In this document: one piece after another, positions 49,337 through 60,919 of the stretch | Position numbering within the stretch: position 1 is the stretch's first letter | Layout of the letters: every line of letters starts with the position of its first letter | Origin: Takakia lepidozioides | Lineage: Eukaryota > Plantae > Bryophyta | Length of the DNA stretch: 64,000 nucleotides | Direction of reading: 5' to 3' | Assembly: GCA_030704615.1 (NCBI GenBank) | Contig: CM060732.1 | Span: 76,136,001-76,200,000, forward strand | The notes under the pieces: generated by a model | What the model saw: only the letters and a program-made list of their open reading frames with translations | Told to the model about the DNA's origin: nothing | Database searches by the model: none | Made by a program: the position numbers and the translations under genes

Positions 49337-52300
49337 AAAAAGTTAAAAAGAGGGAGGGAGAGAGAAGATACTATGTTGTCAGGGACATGGACGAGACCAC
49401 TAAGGTCTTAGTCAAAAAAATAAATTGACAAATCAGCCACTAAACAGTGGCACCATCCATCTGCACCTTAAGAAATCCAAAATCAAACTTTTTCTTAAAA
49501 ACAATGGCATTAACCAAACTTCATTTGATAAAACCAGAGTAGGTTTCAGTTGATTTCAACATAAATGCCTGACATATTTTGAACCTTTAAAGTCTTGAAA
49601 ATATGGGTGGGAGGGTGGGAAGTTTTCCACATCCCTGTTTCCATATTTTAGACAATACATACAAAGCAGAATTGAAAGTCATCTCCTTGCTTTCATAACA
49701 TGGCCCTTCCAGAATGCAAAATATCTTTTACCATTCTGCCAATGTATCTTGACTGTCCAGAGATAAAAGGCCAAAGAGACATCATGCTGTTTACTTAGCA
49801 TATCCCTGATAATTGTTATGCATCCTGTGGAGATGCCGTTTATCAGGTTGCTATAGTGCTCCAAATGGGTATATTCCAGCACATACAAGCTCTAGCCTTG
49901 TATCCCAAGTTTGCAGATACAAAAAGGCAAAAACTGCCTTTCGATACAGTTCTGAAAGATTATTATTAAGCATCAAGTACAGATGCTATTTTCCAGGTAT
50001 CCTCTGTATCAAAAAGCCATGCAGATGTTTAGATGTAACTGAAAATCCAGGCATGTATCCCATGTAACTCTGTAAGCCTAGTGTACATGTCTGATGGATA
50101 TTATCAGCATGTTAAAAATCTTTTTAGAGCAGTACAGATGTTATGGTATGAAAAAGAGATCTCACAATTAATACTGCAGGGTATCATAAACAGAATAGTA
50201 CTTGAAAAATTCCATACGGCCTGAGTGTCATGTAGATGCTAGGGGTTTGCGAAAAACAAACAAGTACCCCTTGTGGTTCTGAGAAAGACATATGCAGGTC
50301 AGAATAGTGACCAGCAAATGAAGTCATAAGTTTGGAACTTGATTGTCCCAAACTAGTAAACAAAGATCTTTACTGTCCTTGACTTACAAAAAACAAGACA
50401 TGAAGCTTTATAGTTTGTGAAAACCAGAAAATCGAGATGGTACGATATTCCCTGATGAACGAGTCGGCAGGCAACAGCCCTTGTACCCTTGAAGAAACCA
50501 CGAAGTCCTGTATGCTTAGAAAATCATCATGTCAATGACCACCCTCACCTGTGCCCGTCCCAAAAACCACCACAAGAATATTGGGTGTTAGTGAGGATGC
50601 ACGAGGTGAGTGGCAGGTAGTCATACTTACTATCGATGTCCAACAATCAGAATTCAAAACAAGATGTCATAATTCCTAGGGTAGCAGACCAGATTTCAAA
50701 AAACCTTTGAACCATCTGGGGGATCCTAGCCATAGCTCCCTAGCCTGCAAATAAATTGAGCAAGACAGCAGCAAGCCCTTGCACCAAACACCACGACGTC
50801 CTTGCAAACAGATTTGAACAAAGACAGTGAGCAGCTCCAACAGCTCCAACAGCTCCAAGTCCTAGTAAACTGAGACTCAGCAAAAAACATGAGCCAGTGC
50901 AAGCAAAGCATGCATTATAAAGAGGAAGGGTGCCTTCTTGTCTTGCATAAGGAGTGCCACCGTTCATAATTGCTTCAGGGGGAAGGATTCACAGAAACAC
51001 TGAAGCAGCCTGTCATTCATAACTGCTGCATGAATTCCTTCGGCAGCAATCACTTTAGCAAGGACGATAACCTTCCTGCATGTCCATAGAAGCGCTGGCG
51101 TTCATAATTGAACAATGAGGGATCATTCACATAATCCTTAAAAAAGCCAAGCAAGTGGTTATCGTAACCGCTTGTCTCAGCCCCCTGGCTTCATCATGCC
51201 GCCATCGCGCAAGAGATGTCAATGCGCAAAGGAGGAAATAGGGTTTGCATTGACGATTTAGTGTTAGGCTGCGACGTTCATCCAGGTAATTAATTTATTC
51301 CAAAGCTGACAGTTTGTCAGTCAATGAAAGCTGTTAAGAATACTAGGATGAAAAGAACCAGGTTTATCATAGCGATGGCCATTCCAGGATGCACTTCGTC
51401 ATAACAGGATGAAAATGAGATGGAATCCCATCAATATGCCACAAAACCATAGCAACTTAGGCAAAAAAGGGGAATGAAACCAGTATGATTATCATCCGTA
51501 TCGTCAAGAAACCATATACATATGGAAGTAGGAGTAACTTAACCATATAAGAAGTGAGAGAGAGGGAGACGGAGGGAGAGAGGGGGCAACAAAGAAAAAA
51601 CAAAAAGGTGGGGGGGGGGAGAAGACCCCACCCTCCCACCCTATGATTTCAAGAACTTTGAAATCCGGTCTCTTTTATTTAAGATGAACTATTTATGGAG
51701 GGGAAGTGTTAACATGATGATATAAGGATACCTTGTAATTTAAGGATCTTTTTTCTGGGATTGTACGTGTAAGGAGATGTTTGACAATGCCTTGTAATGA
51801 GGCTGCTATGTCATTTTTCTTGACAATGACTTTTACTAAGTCTTGTCTATGTCTTGACATGACATGAATATCTTCCCTCTCTGTCCCTCTGGACACTCGG
51901 CTTATGGAATTGTTGTCCCGACTTCCATCCTTGAGGAAAAGAAAGAAAAAAATTGCAAAATTGGGTCGCAGGGAATTTTGGATGTTTTTTATCCAAAATA
52001 ATTTTTTTAGTGAAATATTTCTTCACTAAAAAACTTGTGAGTTGCAAAACTCCCGTCAGTTTCTACTTTTTCAATCCAACCTGGATGAAAAAAGGACTTC
52101 ATCTGACAGGACCTAAATACAGGGCGAGATTTTTTTTAAAAAAAAAACCCCATGTTTTTCATCTAACCTAGATAAAATACGGACTACATCCGTTGAGTGC
52201 AAGACAGGATGAAAGCACGATGTCTTTCATCTTCCACAAATGAGAAACGGACTACGTCCGTCGGGCGGACAGACTGGTGGATGTTTTTCATCCTGAGAAG

Positions 52301-53667
52301 GATGAATGACGAGCCAGACAGGGGAAAACCCTACGCAACCCTAATGTCTTTCTTTTTGCGCTGCGAGAGTGCGCGCGATGGCGGCTTGTGAGGAGCGATG
52401 GTGCTCGTGCTACAAATACCTTGAGCTGCCAATCCTTGAGTATTTATGGCTCCTGTGAGCGACGCCTGGGCGGGCTCTTTAAGGCGATGGCGGTGGCTTA
52501 GTGATGAGGGAAGATTCCCTGTCTCAGTTGTGTGTTTTTTTGCTGCACAAGGGAACCGCGGCAGTGATGGCGGAGTTACCACCTGCATGCCTAGGACGTT
52601 TCCCTAGGAGCCCTCCTCTAGATCTTTGATGAATGGCGGCACAAGGAAGTCTCTCTCCCTCCCTTTATAAACCCTACCTTTTGAGACCAAGCTTTTTTTT
52701 TCTTGTGCTTGGCAAGACCTTGCTTTGGTTAAGGTAGCAGTGTTGTGGTGCTAGCGGAGTCCTCCATGCACGGTTAGGCTTGTGGAGAGATGACGACTCT
52801 CCCCCAAACAGTAAAACAAGCCACACCTCCACCAAATTAAACCCAAAATCCACCAAATTCATCTCAAAGATCGTTGGCCGAACAATTGTTGTATGGGTAC
52901 GCTAACTACTTTCCACCACTTTGAAGATGGGATTTGTTCTTGTGGTGATTACTGGTGAAAGGATGTTTTCTTGGAAAGATGCTAGTGTCTTGCTTCATTC
53001 ATTGATCTGTGTAGCTACTCATACCATCCACCATTTCCTGATAGTGGGGTCTACCCGGCATAGGTAGGAAGTCAGCCCACAATTGCACTTGACTGAAGGG
53101 GTGATTTTTTATTGATTTTGGTGACAGTGGAAATCATAGTGTTGTCCTAATTCTGGGTTTGGGTGGTGGAGCTTCTCCAAAGCTTGAAGATGGAAATGAA
53201 TACGAATTTTAATGAGCTTGATGAGAGGGGCAGCCTTGTGCACAAGTTTGTTCAACATCTTAAATTTGGACATGTTTGTTTGTTTCTTGTGGTGTGGCTT
53301 TGGATGGAGCCCTTGATGAACTTACATGAATATTGTCAAAAGCTAGTGTTAACCCACCAAGATCCAATCCCACCGTGGATGCTTGAAAGTTCATATAGTG
53401 AATGTAAGGGTATTTGGGTATGTTGATATTGATTGATGCGGCTTGTGAAAATTGAACATTGAAATGCAGATCCGCCATTTTTCTTCCAGGTAAAAACAAA
53501 ACACGGGATCTCTGCATGTAACACAGTGGAAATGACCCACCCCTTTTTTGTGAAAAAATTGAACGCAGTTCTCAGAATTCGTTGCTAGTAGTGCGGAGCA
53601 ATGCAAAGCCCTAGTATTTCTATACCATACCACTATTAAAAAAGCTAGCACTGCACTATTTGCAGAT

Positions 53668-53740
53668 TCCGTAATAGTCTAGATGGTTAGGATACCTGGC
53701 TTTCACCCAGGCGACCCGACTTCGAATCCCGGTTACGAAA
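53668..53740 (+). tRNA. tRNA-Glu(TTC): tRNA-Glu(TTC), probably a pseudogene
   Basis: TCCGTAA acceptor stem, A-box TAGTCTAGATGGTTAGGA, anticodon arm CCTGG-CT-TTC-AC-CCAGG (TTC at 53702-53704) and TTCGAAT loop. Two T-stem mismatches (CCGAC/CCCGG) and one acceptor-stem mismatch. Confidence 0.8.
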
Positions 53741-54487
53741 TTTGTTTTGGAGTGAAAACATCCAAGTCCCAACCTAAAGTTTTGGATTGAGAACGAGTGT
53801 TGGATGAAGTCTGTGGATGAGCCCAGTACATGAAGCACAGGTAATTCAGATAAGCGAGATACCCGCACAGTCAGCGAGACACGGCGCAGGCCAACATAAA
53901 TCCATCGCTCTCGCTCGCTTTGATCCACTCGCTGCTCCACACTCCACACCTTCGAGGACGATCTTAGTTCTCATGTTGCAGCGAGCCCAATTCACTCATT
54001 GGCATCGGTACTGGTGGGCCAACAATTTGAAATGGATGGTTGCACTTGATGTGTTGATGAGGTATTAGAAATGCTGCATCTGTCCTGTTTCTATAGTATG
54101 TTTTCCATTTGAGTTGTCTCTGAGGCCCGTAGCATCGTCTGGAGATTGTCTTTCATTTGCGTTTAACTCATTGTAACTTGATAATGTTGATTGCGTCTGT
54201 AAGGATTTGAGCAAAGGTGTCTCTCTCTCTCTCTCTCTCTCTGGGCCTCCAGTAAACGTAGCAAATTGTCTCTTCATTTCTTCTTCTTGCTCCTCCCTGC
54301 CTTATCGACGGCTAAAGCTCCTTCTGGTGAAACCTGAAAGTATCAAGTGACAGGGGATTGATGGCAGGCAGCTTGTTAGGAAGTTCTATGCTCTGTCACT
54401 GTTGGAATACGTATGCAACTAAGCCAATATAGCTCATTTCACACCTCAGCTTCTGCTTGCTGGTCGCTGACCGCTCTGTAAGAAGCT

Positions 54488-56668
54488 ATGGCGATTCAGA
54501 CACTGGTACAGAAAGTCGTACCGATAGCACAGACATTGATGACGAAAGCTGAGCCAAGGGCACTGCGATGCATCACTGTTGATGTTACTGGTACTTTGAT
54601 AGCATACAAGGGAGTCCTGGGGGACTACTACTGCATGGCTGCCAAGGGAGCAGGTCTGCCATGTCCAGATTATGAGCGCATGCACCAGGGCTTCAAGATT
54701 GCTTACAAGGAAGTGGCCACCAAGTACCCTTGCTTTGGGAAGACAGCCAACATGTCTAACATCGAATGGTGGAGGATGGTTGTGCGCAACTCCTTTTGCC
54801 AGGTGCAATGTCTAATCCTCGAATTGATCAACTCCGATTTAGCTGGATTTCTAGTGTTCAAGGCCGAGATTGAACGGACTACTAATGATATTAAGCTAAG
54901 ATGTTGATTATGTAGTGTTAACAAACTGACCCTTCCACCCTAAGCTCTATCACCTGAAATTTCAACATTCACTGCACTGGAAACCTGCTTCATGGAGGTT
55001 TTCACCTGGTGACTGACTGACTCATGCAAGCTGCTCAAATTTTGGGCCCCAGAGCTTTTGAACAATCAAGTTGTGCCCAATGTGTTCAGTGTTAGATCAA
55101 ACAAGGAGGGGTTGTGCAATGAACTCTAACTGGAGCTTCTGGAACAGGCAGGTTATGACTATGATGCAGAACAATTTGAGAAAGTGTTTAAGCGCATCTA
55201 TTCAATATTTGGATCAGCAGCACCTTACAGTATATATCCAGATGCACAACCATTTCTAAGATGGATACGGAGCCAGGGCATCTTGGTTGGGGTTGTCAGC
55301 AATGCCTCCTACAGATACCGGGATGTCATTCTTCCCGCCTTTGGCCTCAACCAGGTCTTTATTTCTCTCCCATCAGCTTCTGTCTCTGGTCTGTCTCTCC
55401 CTGTTTTTTGGTTGGCGTGTTCTGGATCTTTTTCCATAGGCTTTGTTGGTGTGGGAAGACTAGGTAAAGCATCATTCTGCCACCATCCATTTTTGTCTCT
55501 GACCTCTGCTGTGTCTGCTCCTTGCAGACCCTTTGAACATAGTGTTAGGAATATCTAAAGACTATACTCTTTCTGCTCCTTACAGACCCTTTGAGCATAG
55601 TCTTAGGAATGTCTAAGACTATACTCTTGCCGAAGCCCCAGAGCCAAAGGGAAATTTATAACCAGCAAGCCTTGCACATGGGATCTGTTCTAAGATGAAG
55701 GGTGTACGGCATGGGTCTCTGACAATGCTGGAATGAACTATTTACCCATGGCAGAATTTCATTTGGCTTCAGAAGTGCTAGAAGTATCCTGCGGGGACAT
55801 TCCCTCACGCATGCATCATTTCCAACCTTAAGAGTGAATTGTCAACGAGTACATGATCTGTGGAGGGAAAGCATTCTAAATCATGTGCTGAGATTTGCAA
55901 CCAAAATTATCAGGGATACAGTTCTAGCATTGACATCATACAAGAAAGAACAATCTTGAGCATTCTTATGACAAATTTGAACTTATACACCTGGCTATCT
56001 CTACATTTCACATCAGAACGGTTAAGGCCAGTAAGCAAACCAGGAAAAAAAGAAAAAGAGAGTGGTGTAATTGCTGTTTTGGGGGGTCATGTGGAATGTA
56101 ACTAGGGAATATCCAGTAAGGAATGCAGATGTGTTCATTATTGCACTGGTCTTTGATGTTGTGGGTACATTTCTGTGAAGCCCAACATTCACTGCACTGT
56201 ATTAAGTGTGGTGTGCCTCTGGAGGGATCTTGAAGAAAAATATCTAAAATCCCATTCATTACTACCCACAGTGGCAGAGTTTGCTAGACTTTGACAGCGA
56301 TTTAGTCTATACAATACAAATAGGTGTTCACTTGTAGACCTGTGTGGAACATGCAGGGATCAGAGTGGGATTTTGGAGTATTCTCAGGCATAGAGGGAGT
56401 GGAGAAGCCGGACCCAGCTATCTTCGAGATAGCTTTGAAAAAATTGGGTGGTATTTCCCCAGAGCAATCACTTCACATTGGGGATAGCCACCGCAAGGAT
56501 TACCTCCCCGCCAAGAGCCTGGGCATGCATGCCTTGCTGCTGGATCGTTTCAACACTCCAGAAGCTCGGATGGTAAAAGAGACTGGTGTACCAGTGCTGG
56601 CTGACCTCACGGAGGCCCGGGCCTTCATTACCTCCCTGCAGGGACAAGCCGAAGCTGCCATCTCCTAA
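54488..56668 (+). CDS. HAD-like hydrolase (HDHD3/REG-2-like, subfamily IA), 277 aa, 3 exons
   Basis: Exons 54488-54802, 55148-55354 and 56357-56668 with phase-0 GT-AG introns and no disruption. Motifs CITVDVTGTL, GVVSN, EKPDPAIF and HIGDS..KD. Confidence 0.95.
55514..55629. repeat. ~59-bp imperfect tandem duplication in HAD intron 2
   Basis: TCTGCTCCTT.CAGACCCTTTGA.CATAGT.TTAGGAAT.TCTAA(A)GACTATACTCTT occurs twice. Confidence 0.85.
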
Positions 56669-57479
56669 AAAAAACTGCAGGTGGTGTGCAGCCATATGTC
56701 CAGTCTCAAACCCAAACTGCAAGTCACTCGGAAGGTGCAATTTTAATGGGTCTCAGCTTCGGAGCAGCGTAGGTGCCGAAGAGATCACATTCAAATCCTT
56801 TCACTCGTGTAAAATACATATGTAGTCGCTTTTCTTCTGACAACGCTGAAAACTGATACTCTAAATGCTTTATGCTTGCCTTCAGCATAAAATGCTCTAC
56901 AGTAGTGAAATCAGGCACACTGTCACAAGCAGGGTTGTGACACACACGAGGGTAGGCCAAGATCGGACTCCATTGCACGCAGTGCAGTATCTATGCAGTA
57001 TGCAGTCAACGTCGAGCTGTGGGTTCACCACGAGGCCTCTGAATTTTGTGAATTTTGTGTGACCTCGTCATAATGAGGCCACGGCGAGTAGGCAGGAAAT
57101 TGCAATCCTGTCTACACAACTATCATAACGTAATTGATGATGATGGAATTACGAGGATGATTTGCCATAAGTAGTGCACTTGGTCAAGCCCTCCCTTTTC
57201 ATGGTGCTTTAGCGATGTGTATGCAGTACGGTTCTAGCCACGTCAGAAGCTAGTTTAGCGTAGAGCAGATATAGGGTGCCATAGTGCCATGTCATCTTTG
57301 CCATGTCATCGTCACGTTTCGTCATCAAATTCTTTGGAATCTGCCCTGATTGCCCGCCCGAAAAACGCCAATAGAACTCGTCGCGCCAAGTGTTTCGGAA
57401 CTGCCCGGATTGCCCGGTTCTTGATCTTCTTGAACTGTAGGAAGCGTTTCACACGTCGATACATTTGCAAATCATGAGT

Positions 57480-58395
57480 ACAGCCTAGGAGCTCTCACAG
57501 ATGGTGGGACAATCGCAATCGCAAGGTGTGGCTTTTTCTTAATGTACGATATGAAGATGTTTGTCTATCTTGCAAATGTGGGCTCTTGGCTCCTGTTAGT
57601 ACCATGATTTGGTATTCATTTACAAGGTTCGATTTGGTATTCTTCCTTATGTTTACAAGGTTCTTGGGAGAGTCAGCTTGGTCTTAGCATGCCGTGGTTG
57701 AATCTCTGCTTGCTCAGCTGCACCGTGGTGGTTCTCACAAACCAATCCGACATTACCTGACTACAGACACAAGCAGCACACACAAGAGATCCTTTTGGGT
57801 TGATGGTCCGTCAATTCCTCCATGGGTCATGACACAAGATCAAGGACAATGTGGTGAGGGCACCTTCTTCTTTGACCTATTTCAGCCTGTTTTGCACTCT
57901 CATCAGACTCGGCCCTGAAATGCATATCGAATGTAGACCAGATCACCTTTACATGTGTTCTCTCTGTATGTAGTCATGTGGGCTTAGTGGAAGAAAGTCG
58001 TCACTACTTTGATTCCACGAGTCAAAATCATGGCCTCGCTCCTACAAATGAGCATTTTGGCTGCATGGTGGACCTTCTTGGCCGCGCAGGTCGAGTGGAG
58101 GAGGCAGAGGACTTCATGAACAAAATGCCAATCGAACCAGCTGCTTCAGTGTGGCAGACCTTGCTTGGTGTTTGCAGAATTCATGGCAATGTGGAGGTGG
58201 CAGAAAGTGCAGCAAAATGCCTTTCTAAATGGGATCCACATGATGCTGCTATTTATGTGTTACTATCAAGGTTGGCAGGCGGGACGATCCTGCCAAGGTG
58301 AAAAAAATGATGAGGGACAGAGGTCTCAGAAAGGAGCCAGGTCTCACTGCTGTATTGAGGTGGACAACCAGGTGCATACATTTGTTGTGGAACTA
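57480..58395 (+). pseudogene. PPR pseudogene: PDF 5' exon relic joined to P2-L2-S2-E1-E2 C-terminus
   Basis: WWDNR at ~57502. TFTCVLSVCSHVGLVEE..HYF...EHFGCMVDLLGRAGRVEEAEDF..KMPIEP..VWQTLLGVCRIHGN, then KMMRDRGLRKEPG..CIEVDNQVHTFVV. Confidence 0.88.
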
Positions 58396-59130
58396 GTGTG
58401 ATAAGTTAAGTTGGGTGTTTCCTAGAACACGCTGAGATGAACTCTCTGCAGTCCTTATCAGTGTGGACTGCAATATAAGTGTGACGTTAGGTAGATAATC
58501 TAAACGACTCCAAGAAAGGGGGAATAAGATGACATGGAGATGTGTGAATGCTTTCTCATCACATCAGAAGCCACAGTATTCAGTAGCAGTTCCATAAAAC
58601 TCTTTCCAGTTTCCAGACCCAATGTGCATGATTACTTGTTCCTCTCCTAGATAGAAATAGGCTACTCAAGCTTTGGGTTACCAAAAGGTTGGTTCAAAAT
58701 GGAGACAATAATCTCATGACCATGGATCAACATCAAGCAACTGCTCACTGTCAGTTCCCTGAGTACCACAGCTTGAGAATTTCGAGACAGCCAATTCTGC
58801 CTTGAGATGCAGGATGAACAACTCATGCTTGCACCTGTCAAGAACAACATTTGGTTCAAGTTATTTGTGGCCGCAAAGAGAGGTTGGGGCTTGCAACTTG
58901 CTCTTGTGAGGGCGAATAAGGATACAACAAGCCTTGCTCCCTTGATCAAGACAACCTGGGCATTGTGACATTATTTACATTGTCTTAATCGGCCCCATTC
59001 AAGTATGTCTATTCCCGTGCTTTTTGTGGTCTTCATCATAGCATCTCTCCGTTTTGGTTTTATATTATAGTCCTATGCCCATGTAGCTCTCCTGGTAAGC
59101 TAATAAGTTTAACCTACTTACGATGGGCAT

Positions 59131-59820
59131 AGCTCTATTCCAAAGTTTGTTGAGCCTGTCACAGGCTGTCATTGTCAGCTACTAGCAGTAAGGCAAGGAT
59201 GTATGCATGATTTGTGCAGAGGCATGGATAGCTGAAGGAGCACGGATAAAGTGTGGGTCCAGATTCATCCAAGGGGACCGGACTTCAAGCTCCAAATTAC
59301 CTATGATTCCCTGTGGATCAATAGCTACAAGAAACCTGCATTGGTAGATGGTCAACTAAAGGCACGTTTGTTTGCATTTGCAGTGCGTGTGCAAGCCTGA
59401 CAGCCCTGGAAAAGTGGAAAGAGGTCCATGGTGATATCGTCAAATCTGGAATTGTACTAGATGTTATTCTGAACATCGCCCAACGCGATGCTTGCAGGGT
59501 ATGCACAGCAAGGGCGCGGGATGGAGGCTTTGGAGACCTATGAGCAAATGATGTGCGAAGGGGTGAAGCCCGACCACATCACGTTTGTGTGTGTTTGCAC
59601 TGCGTGTGCAAGTCTGGCAGCTCTGGAAAAGGGCAAAGAGGTCCATGGTTGCATCGTCAAAACTGGAATTGTACAAGATGTCATCCTGAATACTACCCCG
59701 GTGGACATGTATGCCAAATGTGGGATCATTGAGGATGTTGAGGGCATTTTCCACACTATGGTTGAACGAGTTTCGGTGTCGTGGAACGCCATGCTTGTAG
59801 GGTATGCACAGCAGGGGCGC
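59131..59820 (+). pseudogene. PDF-PPR fragment, duplicate of 22160-22570, truncated by an insertion
   Basis: IHPRGPDFKLQITYDSLWINSYKKPALVDGQL followed by PLS repeats. It ends at CAGCAGGGGCGC|CCTAGTTGC. Confidence 0.88.
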
Positions 59821-60061
59821 CCTAGTTGCAAATTTGGACGTGACGTGGCGTTGACGCGTCAGCGTCACGTCCGACGTCAACGACGGATGTGCGTCACGTC
59901 ACGTCCTACACCGACGTTACTGTACATAAATATGTTTATTTTTTTTACTTTACTATTGACTATTCACTATGAGAACCGACGTGGCAACCAATGTGGCCTC
60001 ATTACGTGGACTTCATTATTTATCTGTAAAATTCATAAATTATGATTTATATTGTCAATCA

Positions 60062-60600
60062 TGCGACCGTCAGCAAAGGTTGGTCGGACAATTAAAAAAA
60101 ATAAAAAATAGGTGCGACCACCAGAAGGGGGTGGTCGCACATTTTTCTTATTTTTTAAATGGGTGCGACCACCAGCAGGTGGTGGTCGCAGCATTTGCAA
60201 TTTTTTTTAATAGGTGCGACCACAAGCAGAGGGTGGTCGCACATTATTTCTTTTTTAAAAATTGGGTGCGACCACCAGCTGGTGGTGGTCGCAACTTTTT
60301 CATTTTTTTTAAATAGGTGCGACCACCAGCAGGGGATGGTCGCACATTTTAAATTATTTTTTAAATGGGTGCGACCACCAGCCGATGGTGATCGCAGACT
60401 TTTTTTTTTTGTTATTAGGTGCGACCGCTTATGGGGGGTCGCACATTTTCGTTTTGTTTTTAAAAAGGTGCGACCACCAATAAGGGGGGGGGGATCGCAA
60501 CACTTTTTTTGTCTTGTTATTAGCTGCGACCACCCATAGGTGCGACCGCTCCCTGGACATGTGACGAGCCGTGAATGGGCAGCAGAAGCGGTCGCGCACC
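60062..60600. repeat. About ten palindromic units TGCGACCACC-N7-GGTGGTCGCA separated by T/A tracts, ~51-bp period
   Basis: TGCGACC starts at 60062, 60113, 60164, 60215, 60267, 60318, 60370, 60420, 60469 and 60525. Confidence 0.92.
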
Positions 60601-60919
60601 AAGCCTCTCCAGGCAGTATATAAGGGCCTACCCCTCATTCCCAACCCACTTTTTTCCCTCTCTGTGAGTGCAGTTCTGGGGCTTCTTGGAGTTTGAACTT
60701 CGGTGGCCAGGACTGAGCGTGGGGGGGAGGGGGAAAAAGTGGATTTGTGTGGAGGAGGAGTTTTTGTCTTTTTTTCCTGGGACTGCGGGAGAGTTTGCTT
60801 TGGGTACTATACCAATAGAGGGTGAGGAAATTGGTCTGCTAGTATATAAAGTTATCAATAGTCTGGGTTTAGTTTTCCGTTACGAAAAAACCGCATCTAT
60901 TCCGCATAGTACTTTCATC

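Noticed and set aside
48390-51640. Short shared purine-rich motif GAGGGGGCAACAAAGA...AAAAAGGTGGGGGGG at ~48395 and ~51580
   Set aside because: Low complexity and short; a SINE or LTR fragment cannot be distinguished from chance.
51340-52340. GGATGAAAA/TTTTCATC motifs in both orientations, possible DNA-transposon relic
   Set aside because: No termini, TSD or coding evidence could be defined.
60062-60600. Second CRISPR-like array
   Set aside because: Spacers are low-complexity T/A tracts, repeats vary internally, and there are no cas genes.
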